Positions 26,565 through 35,410 of a DNA stretch of 64,000 bases are shown piece by piece. A program made the position numbers and the translations under genes. The stretch is from the IMG/VR virus record IMGVR_UViG_3300034072_002191, positions 16,692 to 80,691 of that record; one strand, written 5' to 3'. The number at the start of each line of letters is the position of its first letter. The first letter of the stretch is position 1. The stretch is from a virus. Below the pieces are notes generated by a model. The model did not search any database, was not told the origin of the DNA, and saw nothing but the letters and a program-made list of their open reading frames with translations.

Positions 26565-27319
26565 CACCGTTTCCCTTCCTTGGTGGCGCGGAGCACGCGG
26601 CCGAACTCGCGCGCGACGATGTCCAGCTCGCTCGCCGTGGCGAACAGAAGCTCGATCTCCATGCCGGTGAACTCGTGGGCCGCGCGGTTCACGTCCCATT
26701 CGGGCGGACATGCGCCGCAGTCCCAGAGCTTACCCATCAGCGCCTCGATCAGGCGGCGCTTCAACACGATCACGCGGGCCTCGGGCTTCACGCCGTCGAG
26801 CGTCTGGCTCCAGCCGTTACGCTCGGCCATCGCCTTCAGCGCCTCGATCAGGCGATAAGCGAGGCCCTGGTTGGCCCACTGCAATCGCTGGCAGCCCAGC
26901 TGGCGGCGGGCGAACGCCTCAAGCGCCGGCTCGGACGGATCGTCAATGGCGCCGAGGGCGTGCAGCGACAGCCACAGCGCACGCGCCTTCACCGCCGTCT
27001 TATGGTCCGCCGGCTTCGGCTTGCTGCGCCCCGCCGGTTGGGCTGGCTTCCAGCCGCGCGCCTTGAACCGCTCGATCACCTTGACCAGGTCGCCCTCGGT
27101 GCAGTCGGTGCAACTGGCGACGCCGGCGACGTCGAGCAGGATGGCGCGATAGTCGTCGTCGCTCAGCGCCAGATCCTTTTTGGCGATGTGAACCATCGCG
27201 ATCATCCGACGCTTCGCCGGGCTGGCCGACCGGACTTGGGCCGCAGCCGGCTTGCGGCCGGGCATCGAGCCCACGCCGGAGAACCGCCCACTGCCGAAAA
27301 TGCGCGCCGCCGACTTCAC
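26564..27319 (-). CDS. gemA: GemA (Mu gp16/DUF1018)
   Basis: IA.VHIAKK.L.L.DDDYR..L, ARALW.SL..LG, LIEALKAM..R. Start could also be 27265. Confidence 0.9.
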   Translation of the reverse strand: MKSAARIFGSGRFSGVGSMPGRKPAAAQVRSASPAKRRMIAMVHIAKKDLALSDDDYRAILLDVAGVASCTDCTEGDLVKVIERFKARGWKPAQPAGRSKPKPADHKTAVKARALWLSLHALGAIDDPSEPALEAFARRQLGCQRLQWANQGLAYRLIEALKAMAERNGWSQTLDGVKPEARVIVLKRRLIEALMGKLWDCGACPPEWDVNRAAHEFTGMEIELLFATASELDIVAREFGRVLRATKEGKR

Positions 27320-27726
27320 AGGACGCTCCCCGTGAAGTGCGCGACGACCATGTCGCACAAGGCGAGAAAGGAGGGATCGCGCTGCCGCATGGCCTGCGCC
27401 TTAGCGACGGCATATCCGATGGTGGCGTGATCGCGGTCATCGAACGCCGGCGTGATCTGGCCAGTCGTTTTGCCTGCCCAGCGGTAGGCGAGCCAAATGG
27501 CGGCGAAGCGGGCGCGCACTGCACCTTTGGAGTGCGTCCGGCCGATCATCGCCTCGCGGCTGACGCCGGTCTCGTATGACACGCGGTCGATGATCTGGGA
27601 CACGGTCGGAACCGCGTGGATCACCGTCGTATCCGGCTCGGAGATCGCCGCGCGGATGCGCGCGGCCGTCACTTCGTCTAGCTCGCCCTGGAGCACGACG
27701 AAGCGGACCTTCACCGGCGCGTTCAT
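27316..27726 (-). CDS. Stand-alone DnaA C-terminal (domain IV) HTH protein
   Basis: II..VS...GVS...M.G........RAR..AIWLA.......I...F.DRDH.TI.YAV.K. Confidence 0.85.
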   Translation of the reverse strand: MNAPVKVRFVVLQGELDEVTAARIRAAISEPDTTVIHAVPTVSQIIDRVSYETGVSREAMIGRTHSKGAVRARFAAIWLAYRWAGKTTGQITPAFDDRDHATIGYAVAKAQAMRQRDPSFLALCDMVVAHFTGSVL

Positions 27727-28694
27727 GCTGCCCTCCGGCGTGCATCGCTCGTGCGGCTGTCGATCGCTTGGCGAACATGCCGTTCGTCGAGCACGGATTC
27801 GGTCGCGATCGCCGCCATGTTCGCGCTTTCGAGCACCTGGCGGATTTCGCGGAGGCCGCCATGGGCGGGCGAGAGCCCGATGCCCAACAGCGTGCGGATC
27901 ATGTCCGGATCGTCGATGTTGTTCGCATCGAGGAACGCACGGATGTCCTCTTCGAGCGGCACGTTCTGGATATGGAAATGGGCGATCCGGCTGTTGAGAC
28001 GCGCATAGGCGTGGCGTTTCACGCCGCCCCGGATGCGCTCGACCAGCTCCTCATTGCCCAGCCAGCACACGCCGAGGCCGGTGCTGTCGTGCCAACCGCG
28101 GATCGTCTCCATGGAGTCGAGATCGAGGTGATTGGCCTCATCGACGATCAGCAGCACGCGCCGATGGCGAACGAACTCCTCGACCTGGGCGGACCGCTGG
28201 GCGACCCAGCCATTTGGGCTGGCCAGGCCCATGGCGCGCATCACGCGGGCGATCATGGCGCTGGGCGTGCGGTCGGTCTTGTTCAGCTCGACATAATAGA
28301 CGCTGTCGCCCATCGCGGCCTTGTAATGGAGCGCGGCCTTCGTCTTGCCGGTGCCCGGCCCGAGCGCCGCAGCCGTCATGCGGCCCCCGTGCGCCCATTC
28401 CATCAAGAACAGCAGCCGGTCGGCCGTCTTCGTCTCGATGAAGGAAACTTCGTTGAGGGCCAGTTCGGCGCGCGCCTCCTGGCTCTCGACCAGCTGCTTG
28501 AACGCGAAGATCGCCTTGGCGACATTCTCGCGGTTGCCCTGGAAGCTCGGCGTTGCCCAGGACGAGACGCTGCCCGACGGCTTGTTCATGCGCTTCGCGA
28601 GCGCTGTCCAGCTCAGCGCGTTCTTCTCACGGTAGGCGCGCAGCCATTCGAGCATGTCCTCGAAACTGAGCTTGATGTTTGCAGGGTCGTTCAT
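27723..28694 (-). CDS. MuB-like AAA+ transposition ATPase
   Basis: N-terminal HTH, Walker A GPGTGKT, Walker B LIVDEA, RL.SRI, GGLR. Confidence 0.95.
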   Translation of the reverse strand: MNDPANIKLSFEDMLEWLRAYREKNALSWTALAKRMNKPSGSVSSWATPSFQGNRENVAKAIFAFKQLVESQEARAELALNEVSFIETKTADRLLFLMEWAHGGRMTAAALGPGTGKTKAALHYKAAMGDSVYYVELNKTDRTPSAMIARVMRAMGLASPNGWVAQRSAQVEEFVRHRRVLLIVDEANHLDLDSMETIRGWHDSTGLGVCWLGNEELVERIRGGVKRHAYARLNSRIAHFHIQNVPLEEDIRAFLDANNIDDPDMIRTLLGIGLSPAHGGLREIRQVLESANMAAIATESVLDERHVRQAIDSRTSDARRRAA

Positions 28695-28779
28695 GGTAGG
28701 TGCGTTCCTTGGGTGTTGTGGGGCTTCTGCCCCCGTGCCGGCCGCGTGCGAGGTTCCAGCTCGCGCGCGGCCAATTCCT

Positions 28780-30759
28780 TCATCCCTTCACGACGCGGAG
28801 ACGGCGGGCGCCGGCTACCATCTGGTCGAGCGCTGCCCCGCGAGAGGCCTCTGAGACGTTGCTGGGAACCGCCTGAGCGGTGTGCTTGAGAGCTGCCGCC
28901 GTCTGGCCGCGCGAACGGACAGGGCGGATGGCGCCGGGCGATGGCAGCACCTCGACGGGCGTTGTCGCCGCTTGCAGCGCGGCCACCTGGTCGGCTTCGA
29001 GCAGGTCCAGCGCACGCTCCTGGTCCTTGACGGCGCGGCGGTGATCCTTCTCCAGCTTGGCGCGGCGCTTGGCCGCTGCCACGTCGAGAAAGCCGGTCGC
29101 TTCGATCACGGGCGCCGAGCAAAGATAGCGGCCAGTGCGATCGTAGACGTGAAGCGGCGCCAGCAGATCGTCCGGATCGAACCGCACGGTCACCTTGTCA
29201 CCTGCGATGCGGCCGAGCGCCTCGGTCCAGTAGCGGTTGCCGAACAGGTTGATCGCACCGGTCTTGCGATCGGTCGGCCGATCGTCGGCGGTCAGCAGCG
29301 CGAGCCGGCGCTGTTCCTCGGTCGCCTTGCGCACCGGGGACAGCGCATAGCTCTCGGCGAAGACATCGTCGAAGCTCCGGCCCGTATCGCGCGCCATCTC
29401 GGTCCGCCGACCTGGTCGCGAGTTGTGCGCAGCGAACGCGGCCTCAACAACTTCCTTGAAGCGTTCGAGCGGGATAGCCCGCGACCCATAATTCTCCGGC
29501 TTCGCGTCGGGGCGGTTGCCCGTGTAGGCGCCTTCGAAGGCCGGATGCTTGGCGATCGCGTCGCAGAAGTCGCGGAACATGCGCTCGATCGGCTTCGACT
29601 GGCCGCGATAGGGCTTGGCCCAATGCGTCTGCACGCCCAGCTGGGTGAGAATGCCCAGCGGCTCCTCGTCCCGGATCTTGAAGCGGAAGCGGGAGGTGGC
29701 GCCGCCAGTGATCCATTTGCTCGCGAAAGCACGGCCGTTGTCCAGCAGGATGCCGTCTGGAATTCCGTACCGCTCCAGCAGATGGGCGAGCGCCAGGCGC
29801 GTCTCGATTGCGCTCTCGGTCCGCCCGATCGACCATGCCAGGAACTTGCGGCTGAAAATGTCCTGGATGGCCACCATCATCGGGCGCGCGATCGTGCCGT
29901 CTGGCCACTCGACGAACACGTCCCAGCGATGGCCGTCGATGTTCACCAGTTCCATGGCGCGGAGGCCGGCGACGCTGCGCTGCTGCGCCGGTAGCATCCG
30001 CCGCAGCGCTTCATCCCCCTCGCGCCGCGCCACAACGACGCGCGGGTCGACCTCGCGGTCGAACTTCCGGCGCAGCGTCCGCTCGATCGGGAGCGCGATT
30101 CCGCGCGGTTGGCAAAAGTCCCGAAGCACGCGCTGATAGCAGCTTGAAAAGCTCGGCTTGGACGGGCGCAGATAGTCCGAGAGCAGCAACTGCCAGGCGC
30201 CTTCGTCGACCTCCACTTCCTTGCCGCCGCCGCCGCGCCGCCGCGCCAGGTGGGGCAGCCGATCGGCCGCCGGAACACCGGCGACCAGCTCGCGCCACTG
30301 CCACAGCGTGGAGGGCGACTTGCCTTCGCGCTTGCCGATCGCGGCGATCGCGGCCGATGCGGTCATCCCGGCCTGTTCGAGCAGCGAAACCGCGTCCAGG
30401 ATGCGCAGCCGCTCGGCCGCCTCCGCGCGGACATCGTCCGTCTGTCCCTCGAACCAGCGCCATAGCGAGGCGGCGGCCGATTCCGGCTGGGGGCTGGTAT
30501 GCGCTACCGCCGAAACGCCCATGGCGATGATCGCCGACCGAGCCGCGATCGGGAGGACCGAGACGTGGTATTCTAGGCCACCGCCACGGGCGCCCACGCG
30601 CGGCCTGGCGAGCGGCGTGCCGTCGTCAGCCTGGCGCAGCGCCCAGCACTCTTCGACGGCACGCTCGTGGACCTTGCGCTTGGCGCGCGACAGCCCAGGC
30701 AGCGCCAGCTCCGCCAGCTCTGCCGCCGTGAACCACTCTTTTCCCCCACCCAATTTCAC
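28780..30759 (-). CDS. MuA-like DDE transposase
   Basis: Mu HTH N-terminus (WFTAAELA...LPGL), catalytic IDGH / LDNG / KPIER, C-terminal VRFDP. No visible disruption. Confidence 0.97.
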   Translation of the reverse strand: MKLGGGKEWFTAAELAELALPGLSRAKRKVHERAVEECWALRQADDGTPLARPRVGARGGGLEYHVSVLPIAARSAIIAMGVSAVAHTSPQPESAAASLWRWFEGQTDDVRAEAAERLRILDAVSLLEQAGMTASAAIAAIGKREGKSPSTLWQWRELVAGVPAADRLPHLARRRGGGGKEVEVDEGAWQLLLSDYLRPSKPSFSSCYQRVLRDFCQPRGIALPIERTLRRKFDREVDPRVVVARREGDEALRRMLPAQQRSVAGLRAMELVNIDGHRWDVFVEWPDGTIARPMMVAIQDIFSRKFLAWSIGRTESAIETRLALAHLLERYGIPDGILLDNGRAFASKWITGGATSRFRFKIRDEEPLGILTQLGVQTHWAKPYRGQSKPIERMFRDFCDAIAKHPAFEGAYTGNRPDAKPENYGSRAIPLERFKEVVEAAFAAHNSRPGRRTEMARDTGRSFDDVFAESYALSPVRKATEEQRRLALLTADDRPTDRKTGAINLFGNRYWTEALGRIAGDKVTVRFDPDDLLAPLHVYDRTGRYLCSAPVIEATGFLDVAAAKRRAKLEKDHRRAVKDQERALDLLEADQVAALQAATTPVEVLPSPGAIRPVRSRGQTAAALKHTAQAVPSNVSEASRGAALDQMVAGARRLRVVKG

Positions 30760-30761
30760 GT

Positions 30762-31229
30762 TCAGTTCCTCCCGGTGGAGATCACGGGCGCGGCGCCAGC
30801 GAGGGCACGGCGTCGCCGCTTCAGCTCTTCCATTTGTCGGTCGATCTGGCCGAGTTCGGCCGTCAGGATTTCTTCCCCGACCAGCAGTGCGGCGCCGATG
30901 CGCCGGGTCAGCCGGTCGAGCAGGTCATGGCGTTCGGTGACGGCGGTCAGCGCCAGCAGCCGCGCGAACGAAATGGCGTGGTTCTCCCGCGCCTCGGACG
31001 CATAGGCATCCAGCATTGCCTTCGAGACGTCGTCGTCGAGCAGCTCCGAAACCGCGCCGGCGAGCGCGAACCGCGAGCGGGTGTCTTCCTTGAGCATCAC
31101 CGCGACGGTGGCCGCGATCTCGCGGTCCAGACCCGCCAGCGCGGACGCGGTCTTCGCCGGCTGCGGCACCTCGAAGGTGAACGCGAACTGGCCAGGCGGT
31201 ACGGAGGGGCGGCGCTTACCCATTGTCAC
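30762..31229 (-). CDS. Conserved Mu-like early protein upstream of the transposase (HTH/CII-like)
   Basis: SR..LA..VSELL...VSK.MLDAY.S.ARE.H.IS. Confidence 0.75.
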   Translation of the reverse strand: MTMGKRRPSVPPGQFAFTFEVPQPAKTASALAGLDREIAATVAVMLKEDTRSRFALAGAVSELLDDDVSKAMLDAYASEARENHAISFARLLALTAVTERHDLLDRLTRRIGAALLVGEEILTAELGQIDRQMEELKRRRRALAGAAPVISTGRN

Positions 31230-31983
31230 CCTTCAGCCGGCGCCGAAGCGTCTTTTCAGATGGGAGGTTTGGGTAGCGTTCCAGCAGCCACTGATAGGCA
31301 CGGCGGAAGGACGGGTTGCCTGCGCCGCGCAGATAGCCTTGCAGCGCCTCTAGCGCTTCGCTTTCAACATGCGCTCGTTTGCCTCCACCCTTGTATCGCG
31401 GACACAGTTGCTGGGCACGGTCATTGACCCCCAAACCGGCAACACGGCTGAACCAACTGGAGATGCTGCGGCCGGAAACCTTATGGTTGCTCGCGACCAA
31501 ACCGATAGCCGCTCCCTTCGGGATGCCCGTGCTGACCAGTTGTTCGACCTCCGCGAGGATGCCTGCGCGGCGGCGTGCGATGAACTCGAAGGGAGTCGGC
31601 GTCTGCCAAGGGCTGGATCCGCGAACGGCATCCGCGTTGTGCTCGTGCATAATGGCGCGTAGGCACGCATCCCGGTATTTCCGGCTCGCCCAGGGCGGGC
31701 AGCGCGGCACGAGCCCAGCAGCGTAGACTTGGTCGGCGAACGACGGATCGTAGACTTTCAGCAGGTATGAGGTCCGACCGAGCCGAACTGCCTCTACCCA
31801 TTCATGTGCGGGGATCTTCCAAAGAAAGCGCTGGGCGAACTGCTTGCGCTTCTCAGACTCACCAATTCGTTGGTCGAAGTGAGACATTGCGACAGAGCGA
31901 CACCAGCGCAAAGATGCGATCTCGCGCGTCTCTCGCTCGATCATCGCATTTGCGAGGACGATGCTAGATTGGCGACCGCTCAT
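31216..31983 (-). CDS. Protein carrying a copy of the MuA end-binding (I-beta/gamma) domains, no DDE core
   Basis: C-terminal ~120 aa aligns by eye with MuA ~114-243 of this same element. Confidence 0.75.
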   Translation of the reverse strand: MSGRQSSIVLANAMIERETREIASLRWCRSVAMSHFDQRIGESEKRKQFAQRFLWKIPAHEWVEAVRLGRTSYLLKVYDPSFADQVYAAGLVPRCPPWASRKYRDACLRAIMHEHNADAVRGSSPWQTPTPFEFIARRRAGILAEVEQLVSTGIPKGAAIGLVASNHKVSGRSISSWFSRVAGLGVNDRAQQLCPRYKGGGKRAHVESEALEALQGYLRGAGNPSFRRAYQWLLERYPNLPSEKTLRRRLKGDNG

Positions 31984-32252
31984 GCCATTGCTCCTGCGTT
32001 GGCGTCGCGGCCGGCCTCCTCGGCCGCGACTGGGGGCAGTTGGACGTCGCCGGTGGTGCGACCCGAGGCGGCGACAGAGGCGTCCAGGGGGATCGGGTGC
32101 GTGGCAGCGAGCTGCGCCACGGAACGGTGATCAAGAAACGGATAGGAGCCGTCCCGCGCGCGGGCAGGCCGGCCGGCACCTTCCAGGAAGGCGACCAGGC
32201 GCTCGACGCGCGCGGGGGTCAGATCGGTTGGGGCGCCGCGAAGATTGCTCAT
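31980..32252 (-). CDS. Hypothetical early protein
   Basis: 90 aa, ATGA-coupled at both ends. Confidence 0.5.
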   Translation of the reverse strand: MSNLRGAPTDLTPARVERLVAFLEGAGRPARARDGSYPFLDHRSVAQLAATHPIPLDASVAASGRTTGDVQLPPVAAEEAGRDANAGAMA

Positions 32253-32545
32253 GCGTCGGTCCCTTCGTCACGCTCGCCCAGCAGCGCGCAGGTGCGCGCA
32301 TAGGCTTCGGTTGCAGACCGCTCAGCGCGCCGGCCGGCGGCGATGCGGTCGAGAAACTCGGTCTCCGGCGCCGTGACGGCGACCACCCGCCCGCGCAGCG
32401 CTTCGATGCGCTGCTGGCGATCGCGGATGCGGTCCAACGACAGGTTCGTCCGGGCACGTTCCATCGACGTGCGGTCCTGGACGGCACGCTGGAACACGAG
32501 GCGGCACTGCCGCAGGCGCTCGGCCTCGGACACCTGGCGGGCCAT
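32249..32545 (-). CDS. Hypothetical early protein
   Basis: MARQVSEAERLRQCR..., coupled to neighbours. Confidence 0.55.
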   Translation of the reverse strand: MARQVSEAERLRQCRLVFQRAVQDRTSMERARTNLSLDRIRDRQQRIEALRGRVVAVTAPETEFLDRIAAGRRAERSATEAYARTCALLGERDEGTDA

Positions 32546-32997
32546 CACTGCGCACCACCCAGCGGCTGCTGGTGGCTGCAGCCTACGTCGCCGCGAACGC
32601 CGCAACGGGGGCAGGGCTCGCGGGACGCCGCGTAGCGCGGGCCGCCGAGATCGACGACCAGGCCGAGCGCCCCGGCATCGGCGAACCGCCGGCCGCCAAG
32701 CGCTTTCACATAGGCGTCGGACGCGCTCGCGGCGGCCTTTTCCCAAGCATCGGGGAAATAGTCGTGGTTCGCCACGCGCGCGCCGCCAGCGCGGGCGCGG
32801 GCATCGCGGCGCTGGCGATCCTTCTTCCAGGCGTCGATCGCGCCGCGCAGCCGCGCCAGCGTCGTCGGCTTCGGCGAATCGGCCAGCCGCATGCTTTGAA
32901 TGGTCGACATCGGGAAGCCGGTGACGCGGCAGAACTCCGCCAGCTTCGCTTGGTCACGCGCCAGCAGCGCGTCGAGGTGCGACAGCAGCGCGCTCAC
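32545..32997 (-). CDS. Hypothetical protein, N-terminal HTH-like plus C-terminal CPRCG..C.H zinc motif
   Basis: 150 aa, coupled. REPCPRCGVRGDVGCSH. Confidence 0.6.
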   Translation of the reverse strand: MSALLSHLDALLARDQAKLAEFCRVTGFPMSTIQSMRLADSPKPTTLARLRGAIDAWKKDRQRRDARARAGGARVANHDYFPDAWEKAAASASDAYVKALGGRRFADAGALGLVVDLGGPRYAASREPCPRCGVRGDVGCSHQQPLGGAQ

Positions 32998-33515
32998 CGC
33001 CGCGTCTCCGCTTCGTCCTTGGCCTGCCCGAATGCTTCCTGGTACCGGAGCGCATCGTCATGATCTTCGGTCATGCAGGCGATGCGATGGGTCTGCTGCA
33101 GGAGCTGCTGGGTTGCGGGACTGATCTTCGTCCAGTGGTTCCAGCAGAAGGCGTGCCCTCGCCGAACGGGAACATCGCATCCGACCGCCGCGCATGGCGT
33201 CGACCCGCCGCCGCGCGGACGGTGCGCGGGCCTGAGAAGTGCGCCGGGCGTCACGCCGCGCCGGGCCAGTTCGGCGCGCAGCAGCTCGGTATCGACGGTC
33301 AGCAGGTCGACCGTGTCGCCCGCCAGCTCGATCCCGCGATCGCGGTTGGGCAACCGCCGGACCTTGCCGGCGCGTTCGAGCTGATCGACGTAGCGGTGCG
33401 CGTTGGCCTTCGTCGTCTCGAACCGCGCGCCGATCTCCTGATAGGTCGGCGCGAAGCCAGCGCACGTGATGCGGTCGCGGATGAAGTCGAGCACTTCCAC
33501 CTGGCGCGGGGTCAT
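32994..33515 (-). CDS. LexA-type DNA-binding domain fused to a Cys/His zinc-like domain
   Basis: MTPRQ.EVLDFI......GFAPTYQEI......L.R.G...R.....RGIEL, then CAAVGC...FCWNHW. No S24 peptidase. Confidence 0.8.
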   Translation of the reverse strand: MTPRQVEVLDFIRDRITCAGFAPTYQEIGARFETTKANAHRYVDQLERAGKVRRLPNRDRGIELAGDTVDLLTVDTELLRAELARRGVTPGALLRPAHRPRGGGSTPCAAVGCDVPVRRGHAFCWNHWTKISPATQQLLQQTHRIACMTEDHDDALRYQEAFGQAKDEAETRR

Positions 33516-33727
33516 TGCAGCATCCCCCAGACGAGGACGCTCCAGGGCACGACGTTGGCCGCGATCAGCATCGCCAGGAACAGCCAGTCGCCACACCGCA
33601 TAGTGGGCAAGCCGGCGGGGAGAATGTACGCGCCGGTGCATTCGAACGCGCTGCAGTTCGGGCAGCCTCCAAAGTCCGCTTCCAGGGTGAACTGGCGGCA
33701 GCGCGGGCAGATCTCAGCGTTGCTCAT
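33512..33727 (-). CDS. Small Cys-rich protein with C-terminal TM helix
   Basis: CPRC...CPNC plus hydrophobic tail. ATGA overlaps on both sides. Confidence 0.5.
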   Translation of the reverse strand: MSNAEICPRCRQFTLEADFGGCPNCSAFECTGAYILPAGLPTMRCGDWLFLAMLIAANVVPWSVLVWGMLQ

Positions 33728-34713
33728 TGGTCGATTGCTCCTGATCCACGGCGCATCGGCGCCAGCAGCTTCTGGGCTTCGGTCGGCAGTAGGGCGTGGA
33801 AGTCCGGGGACTGGAGCAGGCCCAGCCGCTCGCGAGCATCCATGCGGGAGAGGGTGCCGATGATCGTCGCGAACCGCTTCGCGCGCGGATCGCCAACCGG
33901 TCGGTTGGTGCCGCGCACCAGCTGGAGCGCGTCGGAGACGGACTTCGCGGCGTTGCCATAGCCGTGATCGATCATCCGACTGGCAACACGCTCTTGCTCG
34001 TCCCGTGGCAACTTGGTGAGCTGGCGCAGCTGAGCCGCATTTCTCAGCACCGGATGCCGGGCCTCGCGGAACAGGGCGATCACCGATGGGGCGAGCCCGC
34101 GATAGAGAGCCAGATCATTCCGGATCGTGCGGTCCGAGAAGCCCAGTTCCGCGCCCACTTCACGCGACCAGCCATAGACGTTGGAAATTGTTTCCAACGT
34201 CCGCTCTGCTTCCGCTTTCACGGCGCGCGGGACCGAAAGCTCGCGGTGCTCCACGTCCTTGATGCCGGCCTGAGATCGCTTGAGCATCACCAGCTCGGCG
34301 ATGAACGCGGCGCGGTCGATGGGGTCGAGATCTCGACGCCACAGATTTTCGGTGACCTCGCGCATGCGGCGATGGGCACGGGACCCTGAAACTTCACGAG
34401 CCTCGATTAGCTCGATCCCGGCCAGCTCGGCGCCGGCATGCCGATGCGCGCCTGCTACCAGGAGCCACCCAGGCTGGCCTTTCTCGCGGCAGATCTCGAT
34501 CGGCGTCTGCTGGCCTTCGCGCGCCATGATGTTGCCGAGTGCCTCAGCCCACACGGGGTCGATTGGCCGCAGTCGCTCACCTCGGCGGATTTCCGAGACG
34601 GGAACCAGAAGGATCTCGCCGGCAATAGCAGGGAGTATTTCAGCGTCGGCAGCTGGGACGATGTCGTTCTGGACAGTCTGGACCGAAAGATCGGTGGCGG
34701 ATGCAGTGTTCAT
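33724..34713 (-). CDS. ParB/Srx-like N-terminal domain protein with HTH
   Basis: RLRPID...L...M..EGQ.TPI, LVAGAHR, E..ENL.R.DL...DRA, LG.S.RTI. Confidence 0.85.
   Translation of the reverse strand: MNTASATDLSVQTVQNDIVPAADAEILPAIAGEILLVPVSEIRRGERLRPIDPVWAEALGNIMAREGQQTPIEICREKGQPGWLLVAGAHRHAGAELAGIELIEAREVSGSRAHRRMREVTENLWRRDLDPIDRAAFIAELVMLKRSQAGIKDVEHRELSVPRAVKAEAERTLETISNVYGWSREVGAELGFSDRTIRNDLALYRGLAPSVIALFREARHPVLRNAAQLRQLTKLPRDEQERVASRMIDHGYGNAAKSVSDALQLVRGTNRPVGDPRAKRFATIIGTLSRMDARERLGLLQSPDFHALLPTEAQKLLAPMRRGSGAIDQ
34177..34201. repeat. Perfect 11-bp inverted repeat inside the parB-like gene
   Basis: GACGTTGGAAA-TTG-TTTCCAACGTC. Confidence 0.7.
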
Positions 34714-35078
34714 GCTCCGACACCCCGCGTCTGATCCAGGTGCTTCCAGATTCGGCCAAGCGCGCTGCGCGAAGGGGCACGTTCCGGCCCGAACTCGGCC
34801 GAAATGACCCCTACCGCTTGCTCCAAAGGCATCTGCCGATGGAGGCGAATGACCATCTCCCGGACAGGTAAGTCCGACCAAACCTTCGGATAGCGTTGAG
34901 ACCGGAGTTCGCCGTCCTGGCGGCAGAGTCGGAAGACCGGCGGCGAGTAGGTAACCGCGATCGCATAGCCACGGCTTTCCACGACAGTTTGCGTGGCAAG
35001 GAGGCGCTCAAGCTGAGCGATGCGGCGATCCAGCGCTTCCCAGCGCGCGGCGTCTGAGCTGTTCGAGGCCATGTTCAA
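34710..35078 (-). CDS. Hypothetical early protein with C-terminal HTH-like motif
   Basis: HRQM.LEQA......FGPERAPSRSALGR.W. Coupled to ner and parB. Confidence 0.65.
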   Translation of the reverse strand: MNMASNSSDAARWEALDRRIAQLERLLATQTVVESRGYAIAVTYSPPVFRLCRQDGELRSQRYPKVWSDLPVREMVIRLHRQMPLEQAVGVISAEFGPERAPSRSALGRIWKHLDQTRGVGA

Positions 35079-35323
35079 CGCCCGCCAGCATTTAGACGAT
35101 GCGGGCGACGACGCTTTTCGCTACCGTCCAACTTCATGGAATCGGCCTCATCCTGGAGAACCTCTTCGATCGCTTCGCGCACGCGGCGGCTCGTTCGCCC
35201 GCGAAAGAGATCGCTCACGCCCGTCTTCGGCAGGCCCTTCGCTTCGATGAAGGCAGCGACAGTCCGGTACCGTTTCCTCAGCACCGCCTTCACGTCCTCC
35301 GGATGGGTCCGGTCCAACATCAT
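35075..35323 (-). CDS. Ner-like (Cro-equivalent) transcriptional regulator
   Basis: HPEDVKA.LRKR..TV.AF....GL. Divergent from the repressor. Confidence 0.8.
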   Translation of the reverse strand: MMLDRTHPEDVKAVLRKRYRTVAAFIEAKGLPKTGVSDLFRGRTSRRVREAIEEVLQDEADSMKLDGSEKRRRPHRLNAGGR

Positions 35324-35410
35324 GGGTCAACCTTCCAACTCTTTGTCCCTATTTGTTGGACCATGCCCCATTATATTGGGCCTGCCAACCCATAATTGTG
35401 GACCTGCCGC
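35324..35410. promoter_or_regulatory. Divergent repressor/ner promoter-operator region
   Basis: AT-richer spacer. 19-bp direct repeats at 35368..35386 and 35390..35408 (15/19 identical) and a partial copy at 35356..35367. Confidence 0.7.

Noticed and set aside
12099-28889. Long + strand ORFs within the Mu late/early operons (e.g. 12099..13394, 16197..17636, 26111..27430, 27768..28889)
   Set aside because: Antisense to well-supported genes, with low-complexity Arg/Ala/Pro translations.
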